Below are positions 18,610 through 26,765 of a DNA stretch of 29,369 nucleotides, piece by piece. Under the pieces are notes generated by a model. The model did not search any database. It had not been told where the DNA came from and saw only the letters and a list, made by a program, of their open reading frames with translations. The position numbers and the translations under genes were made by a program. Numbering within the stretch: position 1 is the first letter of the stretch; the number at the start of each line of letters is the position of its first letter. The stretch is taken from positions 1 to 29,369 of the forward strand of contig JBOFUV010000079.1 in NCBI GenBank assembly GCA_051652765.1. The letters are read 5' to 3'. This DNA comes from Microcoleaceae cyanobacterium. Lineage in GTDB: Bacteria > Cyanobacteriota > Cyanobacteriia > Cyanobacteriales > Microcoleaceae.

Positions 18610-19821
18610 GTGTTATCGTCTCCTACCGCAAAAAAAGTTTCAATCATTGTCAGTGATCTGTCTGAAAGTGGTGCTGGCAGGTGGGCTGGGGGTGGGGTAA
18701 GGCCCTTCTTACTGGGTCGAGCATTGCAATCCCTGAACTATGGCGTAGAGATTGTCGGTCTGGTGGGGGGCGATCGCACTCGAGCGATTCAAACCCCAGA
18801 AATTTCGATAGTTCCTGTGGTGAGCTATCCCTATCCTAAGTTTGCAATCTCAGCATGGGAACTGCTCCAGCGGATTGATGGTGATATTCTTTATGCTTAC
18901 AAGTTAAAACCCACCAGTTTTGGTCTGTCTCTGCTCAAGAAATCCTTCAAGTCTCGCCCCCTGCTGCTAGACATTGATGATTGGGAATTAAGTTGGCATG
19001 GCGGGGACAATTGGCACTATCGTCCGGGGCCAAAACAATTGGCCAGGGATCTCTTCAAGTCAGAGGGAGCACTGAGAGATCCGGATCACCCCTTGTATTT
19101 AAAGTGGATTGAAGCTCAAACTCGAAGAGCAGATGTAATCACCACCCACAACCAGTTTTTACAACAAAAATTTGGTGGGGTTTATCTGCCAAATGGCAAG
19201 GATGTCCGTTTATTTAACCCTGATAATTATTCTGCACAGGCTAGCAAATCCAAGTATAATTTGTCTGATTATCGAGTGCTAATGTTTCCGGGTGCTCCTC
19301 GTCCTTATAAGGGAGTTGAGGATGTCCTAGTCGCCCTAGATTTACTGGATGATCCAACACTTCGGTTGGTAATTGTTGGCGGGAGTCCCTACGATGATTA
19401 TGATGAACAACTTCAAAAACAGTGGGGACGCTGGATTATCAAGCTACCCAAAGTTTCCTATCTTCAAATGCCAGAGGTGGTTGCGGCGGCTGATTTAATC
19501 GTTGTTCCTCAGCGAGATGATCCGGCAGCCTTGGCCCAATTTCCCCTGAAACTAACCGATGGTATGGCCATGGCAAAACCGATTTTAGCCAGTCGAGTGG
19601 GCGATATCCCCAATATTCTGGGTGAGACTGGGTACTTGGTTGATCCAGATGCTCCTCAACAACTGGCAGACCAGATTCAGTGGATCTTTGAAAATCTAGA
19701 AGTGGCCCAAGCCCAAGGTCAACTAGCGCGGGCCAGATGTGTTGCCCACTATAGTTTAGAGACAATGACGGAGATTCTAGCTCAACTCCTAGGCAAGCTT
19801 GGATTAGCTCCTACAATTTAG
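18610..19821 (+). CDS. Glycosyltransferase family 4 (GT-B fold)
   Basis: RPYKGVEDV, FPLKLTDGMAMAKPILASRVGDIP and GYLVDP. GTG start. Confidence 0.9.
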   Translation: MLSSPTAKKVSIIVSDLSESGAGRWAGGGVRPFLLGRALQSLNYGVEIVGLVGGDRTRAIQTPEISIVPVVSYPYPKFAISAWELLQRIDGDILYAYKLKPTSFGLSLLKKSFKSRPLLLDIDDWELSWHGGDNWHYRPGPKQLARDLFKSEGALRDPDHPLYLKWIEAQTRRADVITTHNQFLQQKFGGVYLPNGKDVRLFNPDNYSAQASKSKYNLSDYRVLMFPGAPRPYKGVEDVLVALDLLDDPTLRLVIVGGSPYDDYDEQLQKQWGRWIIKLPKVSYLQMPEVVAAADLIVVPQRDDPAALAQFPLKLTDGMAMAKPILASRVGDIPNILGETGYLVDPDAPQQLADQIQWIFENLEVAQAQGQLARARCVAHYSLETMTEILAQLLGKLGLAPTI

Positions 19822-19896
19822 TCTTTGTCGCTTGGATGCTGAGGGATTCCCTGAATGACAGTAGCAAATCCTAGGAGAATACTGGGATGAAAAATA

Positions 19897-21627
19897 TTGC
19901 GATCGCTAATGATGGAGAGCATGAGCAAGACAACTCAATCGGATAGGCGACAGAGCAAGCTGGGTTTAGAATTGCTGTTCTGCATGGCAATTGGACTGGG
20001 GGTGATTTTGCGAATCCTGTTTCTGGATCAGCGAGAGTTTTGGTATGACGAAGTACTATCGGTGTTAATCTCTGCCGGAAATCTTAATGCCTATTCTGGC
20101 CCTGACACAGCAAAATTTCCTGTGCTGTTGTCTAACTATACCGCCTTGCTCAATCTTCCCATCACCGACACAGTTGCAAACACACTAGGAAATGGCGTTC
20201 AGGATAGCTGGCAAACCCTAGAAACCTTGATCAAAAGTTTGTGGCGAGAACCTCATCCGCCATTATTTTACCTGGGGCAACATTTCTGGTTGCGGATGTT
20301 GGGTCATGGCGTTGCGTCCACTCGCAGCCTCAATGCATTGATCAGCGCGGCCACCATCGGCAGTTCCTACGGTTTGGGACAAGTTGTCCTGGGCCATCGG
20401 GGGGGGTTACTCTTGGCTGCGTTGATGGCCCTTAACCCCTTCTTTTTGTCCCATTCTTTAAATGTCAGGATGTATTGTCCAGTAGTCTTGTGGGCCACTC
20501 TAAGTGCTTGGGCCTTGATGCACCTGATTCGTCAGCAGAAGCGTCATCTTGCTCAACCTCTGACGGCTCAAATCGGCTGGAATCTATTGTTGGTCATCTC
20601 AGTGGCCTGTGGTTTGACAACCCTCTATTTCTTTGCCTATTTTGTGTTTGCTCTGATTGTTCTGGCTGTATTCTTGGAACGAAATCGGGCATGGCGATAT
20701 CTCTTGCCCCTGACAGGCGGAGTCTTGCTGACCCTCCCTTGGATGATGTGGGCAATTCCCCAACAACTCAGCAACATCGACTTGAATCGCTTTGCCATCT
20801 CTTCGGAGGCAGGGAACGTTATGGTTCAACACTGGGTTCACCATTTAACCGGGTTTTTAAGTGTTCTAGGGAACCTGTTTATTCTGGGAGATTGGGGGGC
20901 AGATTTACCCCCCGCCCTTGAACTAACCGCAGGGGCGATCGCCGGGATAATTTTTTTAATCTGTATCGTGAGTCTGAGCCGCCAGAAAGAATATCCCAGC
21001 CTGGGAACAGGCTTGATTTTAGGGCTGCTGCCCCTGGCGCTTGCTTTTGGAGTGGATATTGCGACGGGAAAATCTACTCTGCCTTGGGGCGCAGGTCGCG
21101 GTGTGATTTTCATCCTGCCCGGTTGCCTACTATTGCTGTCGATTTGGATGGAACTGACTGCGGGTCGGTGGCGGGTTCCTATTGCCCTAGCGCTCCTGTT
21201 AATGTACGGCAGCATTAGCATTGGAGACTACACCCTGCGCCAACGGACAGGAATGACAACCCTGGCTCGGGTGATTGACCAACATGTGACCCAGCCGACC
21301 TTGATTGCAATGAATGCCAGAGGATGGGGCCATGTGATGCGGTTGGCGTATTACATTAATCCCAATGCGGCTGTGATGTTATTGGCTAAGCCCACCCCTG
21401 ACCTGATTGATGACTTGACCAGCCAAGCTCAAAATTTTCCCCGAATTGTTCTGTTGGACAGTGACAAACCCTCATTTTCAGATCAGCCTGCAACGGAAGC
21501 AGAGCGACAAAAAATTTGGGAAATCCTCCAGCAGGCTCAAATGCAGTTTGTCAGCAAAGAGAGCTTGGCTGGAACCCAGGACATTGATCGATTTACCATG
21601 AGTGTTTATGAGCGGAGTCCTCGGTAA
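19897..21627 (+). CDS. GT39/PMT-ArnT-like integral membrane glycosyltransferase (GT-C fold)
   Basis: FWYDE acidic motif after TM1, EPHPPLFY, NVRMY and multiple TM segments. The true start is probably a nearby ATG (19909-19921). Confidence 0.85.
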   Translation: MRSLMMESMSKTTQSDRRQSKLGLELLFCMAIGLGVILRILFLDQREFWYDEVLSVLISAGNLNAYSGPDTAKFPVLLSNYTALLNLPITDTVANTLGNGVQDSWQTLETLIKSLWREPHPPLFYLGQHFWLRMLGHGVASTRSLNALISAATIGSSYGLGQVVLGHRGGLLLAALMALNPFFLSHSLNVRMYCPVVLWATLSAWALMHLIRQQKRHLAQPLTAQIGWNLLLVISVACGLTTLYFFAYFVFALIVLAVFLERNRAWRYLLPLTGGVLLTLPWMMWAIPQQLSNIDLNRFAISSEAGNVMVQHWVHHLTGFLSVLGNLFILGDWGADLPPALELTAGAIAGIIFLICIVSLSRQKEYPSLGTGLILGLLPLALAFGVDIATGKSTLPWGAGRGVIFILPGCLLLLSIWMELTAGRWRVPIALALLLMYGSISIGDYTLRQRTGMTTLARVIDQHVTQPTLIAMNARGWGHVMRLAYYINPNAAVMLLAKPTPDLIDDLTSQAQNFPRIVLLDSDKPSFSDQPATEAERQKIWEILQQAQMQFVSKESLAGTQDIDRFTMSVYERSPR

Positions 21628-21642
21628 CTTGTAAATCAAGGG

Positions 21643-22374
21643 TTAAGAGTCAATCCTAAACCATTTTTTCCACTTCAGGCTATTCTCTTGCTTGACAACG
21701 GGTGAAAAATACTTGGTTTCAGAAGAATAGCTCCACGCGATCGCTGCCGGATCTTTCAGGGCACTCCACTGCTGAAACTGAGGTCTGGTTTTCCAGCGAC
21801 TGAGGGTATTGGGATGAACCTGAAAACGCTTAGCCAACTCCGATTGATTCAAATACGGGGGCGGAAACTTGTCTTTCTCCCCTTCAAACCCAGCAGGCAA
21901 AGGAAATAACGCAATCTCTTTCGGCAGTTGTAAACTCAATTCCTCAACGGGCTGACCCTCAAAACCGACCGTCTTCATTTCAGGAGTGAGGGCTTGAACC
22001 GTCTGAAAATAATACAGAACACCTCCCTGGTCTGTCACTTCAAATTGGGCCGAAAATTCCACGGCCTTCTGATCCAAATAGGGCTGAATGTCTGAACTTG
22101 GCAATCGGGTCTTCATCGCCAAATCGAGGGGAGTGATCCGTCCTTGATGCTCCAGCAATAACTGGTAAAATACACGATCTAAGTACGTCTGTTTGTCTTG
22201 CTCCCGTTGCTGTTGTGCTCTCCAGAATCGCCAACCACCAACTCCACCAGCCAGCACTAACAGCCAGGGGAGCGTTGTTTTAAACAAAAGTACAAGAACC
22301 ACAGCCGGAATTCCGAGGGTTAGATATCCGTTAATCTGATGAGTTTCTGAGGTGGGCTTGGACATAGTTTCCAA
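21643..22374 (-). CDS. Hypothetical membrane-anchored protein with helix-turn-helix-like domains
   Basis: N-terminal hydrophobic hairpin, central GRITPLDLAMKTRL...YYF segment and C-terminal LNQSELAKRFQVHPNTLSRWK. Start TTG 22374 or ATG 22365. Confidence 0.65.
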   Translation of the reverse strand: METMSKPTSETHQINGYLTLGIPAVVLVLLFKTTLPWLLVLAGGVGGWRFWRAQQQREQDKQTYLDRVFYQLLLEHQGRITPLDLAMKTRLPSSDIQPYLDQKAVEFSAQFEVTDQGGVLYYFQTVQALTPEMKTVGFEGQPVEELSLQLPKEIALFPLPAGFEGEKDKFPPPYLNQSELAKRFQVHPNTLSRWKTRPQFQQWSALKDPAAIAWSYSSETKYFSPVVKQENSLKWKKWFRIDS

Positions 22375-22458
22375 TGTTCAATGAGCGGTGAGCTTGCCGA
22401 TGGGTTGATTCTTTGACATACTTTCTTGTGCAGAACCTGAGCAATCAGGCAATCACGC

Positions 22459-22500
22459 CTTAAAGTTCACCCCTTGAAGTTCAGGTCTTGAAGTTCAGGT
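22459..22500. repeat. 14-bp tandem repeat x3 in a divergent intergenic region
   Basis: CTTAAAGTTCACCC / CTTGAAGTTCAGGT / CTTGAAGTTCAGGT. Confidence 0.85.
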
Positions 22501-22518
22501 CTGAAACTCAACTGCGAC

Positions 22519-23022
22519 ATGTTAGCTAGATTAGAAACTGGAATGGACTCTAAACTCAAACGACCTATTATTATCCTAGCGTTAGTCATTTTAACAATTA
22601 CAGGGTGTAGCAGTAAAAAGTCTCAATGTCTTAAACTTCTTGAAGTAGTTAATCAGGGCAACATCCTGATCAGCACCAAAGATAAAGCCTACAATGCAAT
22701 AACAACAAAACGATTGGCAACTGAGTTAAATACCGTTGCAGATACCGTTGAAACTCTGCGCCTTTCAAATAACAAGCTGAAGCGAATTCAAACAGGCTTT
22801 GCCGAAGTTTTTCGTGACCTCTCCAAAATGCTCAATGAGATGGGACAAGCCTTCGAGGCTGGAGAAAAATCTCAAGTTAGTGTTGAAGGGCGAGCGGAAC
22901 TTCTCAAAGCAATTGAACAGGTGAATCAATCAGGACAGAGAGTCACTGAACTCAGTCAGAAAGCCACTACCCTAGTTGATGAAATGGCAAAAGTCTGTCC
23001 ACCCAAGTTAACCCAAGATTAA
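22519..23022 (+). CDS. Putative lipoprotein, alpha-helical
   Basis: Basic n-region KLKR, hydrophobic h-region and lipobox ITG-C; two further Cys. Start may be ATG 22543. Confidence 0.7.
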   Translation: MLARLETGMDSKLKRPIIILALVILTITGCSSKKSQCLKLLEVVNQGNILISTKDKAYNAITTKRLATELNTVADTVETLRLSNNKLKRIQTGFAEVFRDLSKMLNEMGQAFEAGEKSQVSVEGRAELLKAIEQVNQSGQRVTELSQKATTLVDEMAKVCPPKLTQD

Positions 23023-23113
23023 CCGACTGCTACTGCACTTTTGCGTTTGATAACTCCCTCACTCTCTGGTTTGGCCAGGGTAGAATATCCCTACTTCAAA
23101 AAGTTAATTAGAT

Positions 23114-23590
23114 ATGGCAACTGAGATTGAACGAAAATTTTTGGTCAAGGGCGATCGCTGGCGTTCCTTAACCCAGGGTATTCTTTACCGTCAAGGCTAT
23201 CTCCCCACTCAGGAACAATGCACTGTTCGAGTTCGGGTTGTGGGTCAGCAAGCTTACTTGACTATTAAGGGGCCAACTGTGGGCCGAAGTCGGGCCGAAT
23301 TTGAGTATGAAATTCCTGTGACAGATGCCGAAGAGTTGTTGGAAACCCTCTGTGTTCAGCCTCTCATCGAGAAAAAACGATACAAAATTACCAATGCTGG
23401 GTTTATCTGGGAAGTTGATGAATTTTCAGGAGAAAATCAGGGACTCATTATTGCTGAAATTGAACTAAAAGCGGAAAACCAAGCGTTTGAGAAACCAGAC
23501 TGGATTGGTGAAGAAGTGACCCATGATTCCCGATATTTTAATTCAAGCCTAGTCAACTATCCCTATCGTCAGTGGTCATCAGGACTATAG
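23114..23590 (+). CDS. CYTH domain protein (triphosphate tunnel metalloenzyme)
   Basis: EIERKFLV (ExExK), VRVR, LTIKG, EFEYEIP, WEVDEF and AEIEL. Confidence 0.93.
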   Translation: MATEIERKFLVKGDRWRSLTQGILYRQGYLPTQEQCTVRVRVVGQQAYLTIKGPTVGRSRAEFEYEIPVTDAEELLETLCVQPLIEKKRYKITNAGFIWEVDEFSGENQGLIIAEIELKAENQAFEKPDWIGEEVTHDSRYFNSSLVNYPYRQWSSGL

Positions 23591-23686
23591 CAATCCGTAA
23601 TAATCTCAGTAATAATCTCGATAATAACTTGTGAAACATCTGTGGTGTGGGCTTCTAGCCTGGGCGGGCAAGATACCCAACCCACA
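23585..23686 (+). repeat. REP-like imperfect palindrome, copy 2, with CTATAGCAATC leader
   Basis: Arms TGTGGTGTGGGCTTCTAGCC and GGCAAGATACCCAACCCACA are 15/20 complementary; homologous to 4236-4308. Confidence 0.7.
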
Positions 23687-23784
23687 TTTACAACACATTT
23701 GAAACAAGAGCCCACGAATAAATCGACTAAGATACACTAGAAGCTATATCAATTTGATGGTTAACATCTCTAAAGAGAACATCT

Positions 23785-24879
23785 ATGACCTCAACAGTTA
23801 CTCCAAACTCTGAATCTGTAATGGATGACTCCAAGCGAGGCTTGCCCGTTACAATTATTACTGGATTCCTGGGAAGTGGAAAAACAACTCTGCTGAACCA
23901 TATTCTGTCTAACCAACAAGGTCTTAAAACGGCTGTTCTCGTGAATGAGTTTGGCGAGATTGGGATTGACAACGAACTCATTGTGACAACGGATGAGGAC
24001 AACACGATGGTAGAACTCAGCAACGGCTGTGTTTGCTGTACGATCAACGAAGATTTGGTCAATGCCATTTACAAAGTTCTAGAACGCCCTGAAAAAGTAG
24101 ATTATTTGGTAGTAGAAACGACTGGGTTAGCTGATCCTCTTCCTGTCGCATTAACTTTTTTAGGGACAGAATTGAGAGATTTGACTCGTTTAGACTCTAT
24201 TATTACCCTAGTTGATTGTGCTAACTTCAGTCTGGATTTATTCAATAGTCAAGCAGCTCAAAGTCAGATCGCCTATGGGGATATTCTAGTTCTGAATAAA
24301 ACAGATTTAGTGGATGATGCTGATGTAGACAGCTTGGAAATCAGACTTCGGGATATGAAACGAGATGCCCGAATTCTGCGAACAACAAAATCTCAAGTTC
24401 CTCTACCGCTGATTTTAAGCGTAGGATTGTTCGAATCAGATCAGTATCTCCAAACGGATCTCCAGGAACATCACTCTGATCATGAGCACGAAGAGCACGA
24501 ACACGAACATCATGAACATCACCACGGCCATGATCATGACCATCATTCCAACCACCTAGAAAATGATGGATTTACGTCTCTGTCTTTCCAGAGCGATCGC
24601 CCCTTTTCCCTAAGGAAATTCCAGTATTTCTTGGACAATCAACTGCCAAGTACCGTATTTCGTGCGAAGGGTATTATGTGGTTTGATGAAAGTCCGAACC
24701 GTCATATTTTTCATCTGAGCGGCAAGCGATTTTCGATTGATGATGATGAGTGGACAGGGGAGAAAAAAAATCAACTGGTTTTGATTGGTCAGGGTTTAGA
24801 TCATGCAACACTCCGGACTCAGCTTGAGCATTGCCTCTGTCTACCCGTTGATAATCGGGGCAAAGGATTTGCTAAATAG
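23785..24879 (+). CDS. COG0523 / CobW-P47K family G3E GTPase metallochaperone
   Basis: GFLGSGKT, NEFGE, GCVCC (CxCC), ETTGLADP, NKTD, a His-rich insert and the CobW_C motifs FRAKG and LVLIG. Confidence 0.93.
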   Translation: MTSTVTPNSESVMDDSKRGLPVTIITGFLGSGKTTLLNHILSNQQGLKTAVLVNEFGEIGIDNELIVTTDEDNTMVELSNGCVCCTINEDLVNAIYKVLERPEKVDYLVVETTGLADPLPVALTFLGTELRDLTRLDSIITLVDCANFSLDLFNSQAAQSQIAYGDILVLNKTDLVDDADVDSLEIRLRDMKRDARILRTTKSQVPLPLILSVGLFESDQYLQTDLQEHHSDHEHEEHEHEHHEHHHGHDHDHHSNHLENDGFTSLSFQSDRPFSLRKFQYFLDNQLPSTVFRAKGIMWFDESPNRHIFHLSGKRFSIDDDEWTGEKKNQLVLIGQGLDHATLRTQLEHCLCLPVDNRGKGFAK

Positions 24880-24949
24880 TTTGCTAAATTTTGCTAAATA
24901 GTGAGTGTGTGAAAGTTTGTGAACCAGTAATTAGTACTAAATCCTATCC

Positions 24950-24985
24950 TCGGGGCAAATACCGCAGGTCGGGTATCTGCCCCGA
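24950..24985. other. GC-rich hairpin (14-bp stem with one mismatch, 8-nt loop)
   Basis: TCGGGGCAAATACC-GCAGGTCG-GGTATCTGCCCCGA. No U-tract follows, so it is not a canonical intrinsic terminator. Confidence 0.7.
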
Positions 24986-25087
24986 AGCAAACTACTATGA
25001 CAGAACTAATAGGACTTAAGCATTGACAAAAAAGCTGTTGAAGATAGGAGTGTTAAAATTGCCCAAAGCAAAGCGCATGAAATCACT

Positions 25088-26725
25088 ATGACGCAGCGAT
25101 CGCCGGGAAAAGTTTACATTGTCGGAGGGGGGCCAGGGAATGCAGCCTATCTAACGGTACAGGCCCATCATCTGCTGACTCAGGCGGAAGTGTTAATTTA
25201 TGATGCCCTAGTCGATGAATCCGTAATTGATCTGACCCCGGCAAATTGCCTCAGGCTTAACGTTGGAAAACGGGGTGGGCAACCCAGTTCCACCCAGGCT
25301 GAAATCAATCAATTACTGGTTCAGTATTGTCAACAGGGGCAAAGGGTTGTCAGACTGAAGGGCGGTGATCCGTTTGTTTTTGGGCGCACCACGACCGAAA
25401 TTCAAGCGTTAATCCAGGCTCATTGTGAGTTTGAAGTCGTTCCGGGTTTGTCTTCTGCCTTGGCTGCACCCTTACTGGCTAATATTCCCTTAACCGATCC
25501 GGTGATGAGTCGATGTTTTGCCGTGATCACAGCCCATGAACCAGAAGCTTTGGACTGGGAGGATTTGGCTCGGCTTGAGACCTTGGTAATTCTGATGGGG
25601 GGACGGAATTTTGTAGAGATTTTACATCAACTCCAACGCCATGGGCGATCACCCCAAACTCCTATTGCTGTCATTCAGAATGCAGGCTGCCTCAAGCAAC
25701 AGGTTTGGGTCAGCACGTTGAGAGATCTGATCAAAGAGACAGCGATCACTTCCTTGTCCCTGTCCCCCTGTGTGATTGTGGTCGGGGAAGTGGTGGGATT
25801 GCGAGACTTTTTGTCGCCTTCAGGGACAACAGAACTCTTGCAAAACACGACACCTCAACTTTTCTCACCCATGCTGCAATCCCCAACGGTTAGCGCTCGT
25901 CTCCCGTTAACTGGAATTACCCTGCTTGTCACCCGTTCAGAGGGGCAATCCAGTCAGTTCCGGGACTTGCTTATGGCCCAAGGGGCAACGGTGATGGAAA
26001 TGCCTACCTTAGTGATTGGCCCTCCCTCGAGTTGGGCGGCTTTGGATCTGGCGATCGCCCAGCTTGAGCCCTCTGCTCACCCCAGCTCTAGTCAAAGTTC
26101 TAGTCAAAGGTTTGACTGGTTGATTCTGACTTCTAGTAATGGCGTTCGCTCCTTTTTTGCCCGGTTGTTTGCCCAGGGGAAAGATGCTCGCACCTTAGCT
26201 CACCTTCAGATTGCGGTAGTGGGGCAAAAAACAGCGGATGTTTTGCAACAGTATGGTCTCCAGTCTGATTTTATTCCCCCTGAGTTTGTTGCGGATTCCT
26301 TGGTTGAGCATTTTCCGGAAGCGTTAGCCGGTCAGCGGATTCTGTTTCCTCGGGTTGAAAGTGGGGGGAGAGAGGTGTTGGTTCAGCAGCTAACGACTCA
26401 GGGCGCAATGGTTGTGGAAGTTCCAGCTTATGAGTCCTACTGCCCTCAGGAAATTGACCCTGAAGTATTATTGGCTGTGCAACAGCATCAAATTGATATT
26501 CTGAGTTTTGCCAGTTCTAAAACGGTGAAACATTTTTACCAACTTGTACAGGGGTTTGGCTTGGACTTACTCGAAGGGGTTGGCATTGCTTCCATTGGCC
26601 CCCAAACCTCTATTGCCTGTCAGCAGTGGCTCGGACGAGTGGACATCGAAGCTACGGAATACACTCTACCGGGATTAACTGCAGCTATTGTAAAGTGGGC
26701 CAATTCAAACAAAAGTCTTGCTTGA
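25088..26725 (+). CDS. cobA: Fused uroporphyrinogen-III C-methyltransferase / uroporphyrinogen-III synthase (CobA-HemD)
   Basis: VYIVGGGPG, YDAL, VVRLKGGDPFVFGR and VVPGLSS in the N-half; LVTR, LTSSNGV, AVVGQKTA, FASSKTV and SIGPQT in the HemD half. Confidence 0.93.
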   Translation: MTQRSPGKVYIVGGGPGNAAYLTVQAHHLLTQAEVLIYDALVDESVIDLTPANCLRLNVGKRGGQPSSTQAEINQLLVQYCQQGQRVVRLKGGDPFVFGRTTTEIQALIQAHCEFEVVPGLSSALAAPLLANIPLTDPVMSRCFAVITAHEPEALDWEDLARLETLVILMGGRNFVEILHQLQRHGRSPQTPIAVIQNAGCLKQQVWVSTLRDLIKETAITSLSLSPCVIVVGEVVGLRDFLSPSGTTELLQNTTPQLFSPMLQSPTVSARLPLTGITLLVTRSEGQSSQFRDLLMAQGATVMEMPTLVIGPPSSWAALDLAIAQLEPSAHPSSSQSSSQRFDWLILTSSNGVRSFFARLFAQGKDARTLAHLQIAVVGQKTADVLQQYGLQSDFIPPEFVADSLVEHFPEALAGQRILFPRVESGGREVLVQQLTTQGAMVVEVPAYESYCPQEIDPEVLLAVQQHQIDILSFASSKTVKHFYQLVQGFGLDLLEGVGIASIGPQTSIACQQWLGRVDIEATEYTLPGLTAAIVKWANSNKSLA

Positions 26726-26765
26726 AAGTCCCTTTTTACAGATTCAGCAAGTCTGGGTTTTAAAG

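Noticed and set aside
23597..23784. Possible Zur box or cobalamin riboswitch upstream of the COG0523 gene
   Set aside because: Only a half-site (GATAAT) inside a micro-duplication, and no B12-box motif was recognisable.
23785..24879. Assigning the symbol cobW
   Set aside because: COG0523 has many paralogous subfamilies and orthology to true CobW cannot be shown from motifs.
25008..25030. TAGGACTTAAGCATTGACA resembling an IS/MITE terminal repeat
   Set aside because: Single degenerate end with no convincing partner TIR or transposase remnant.
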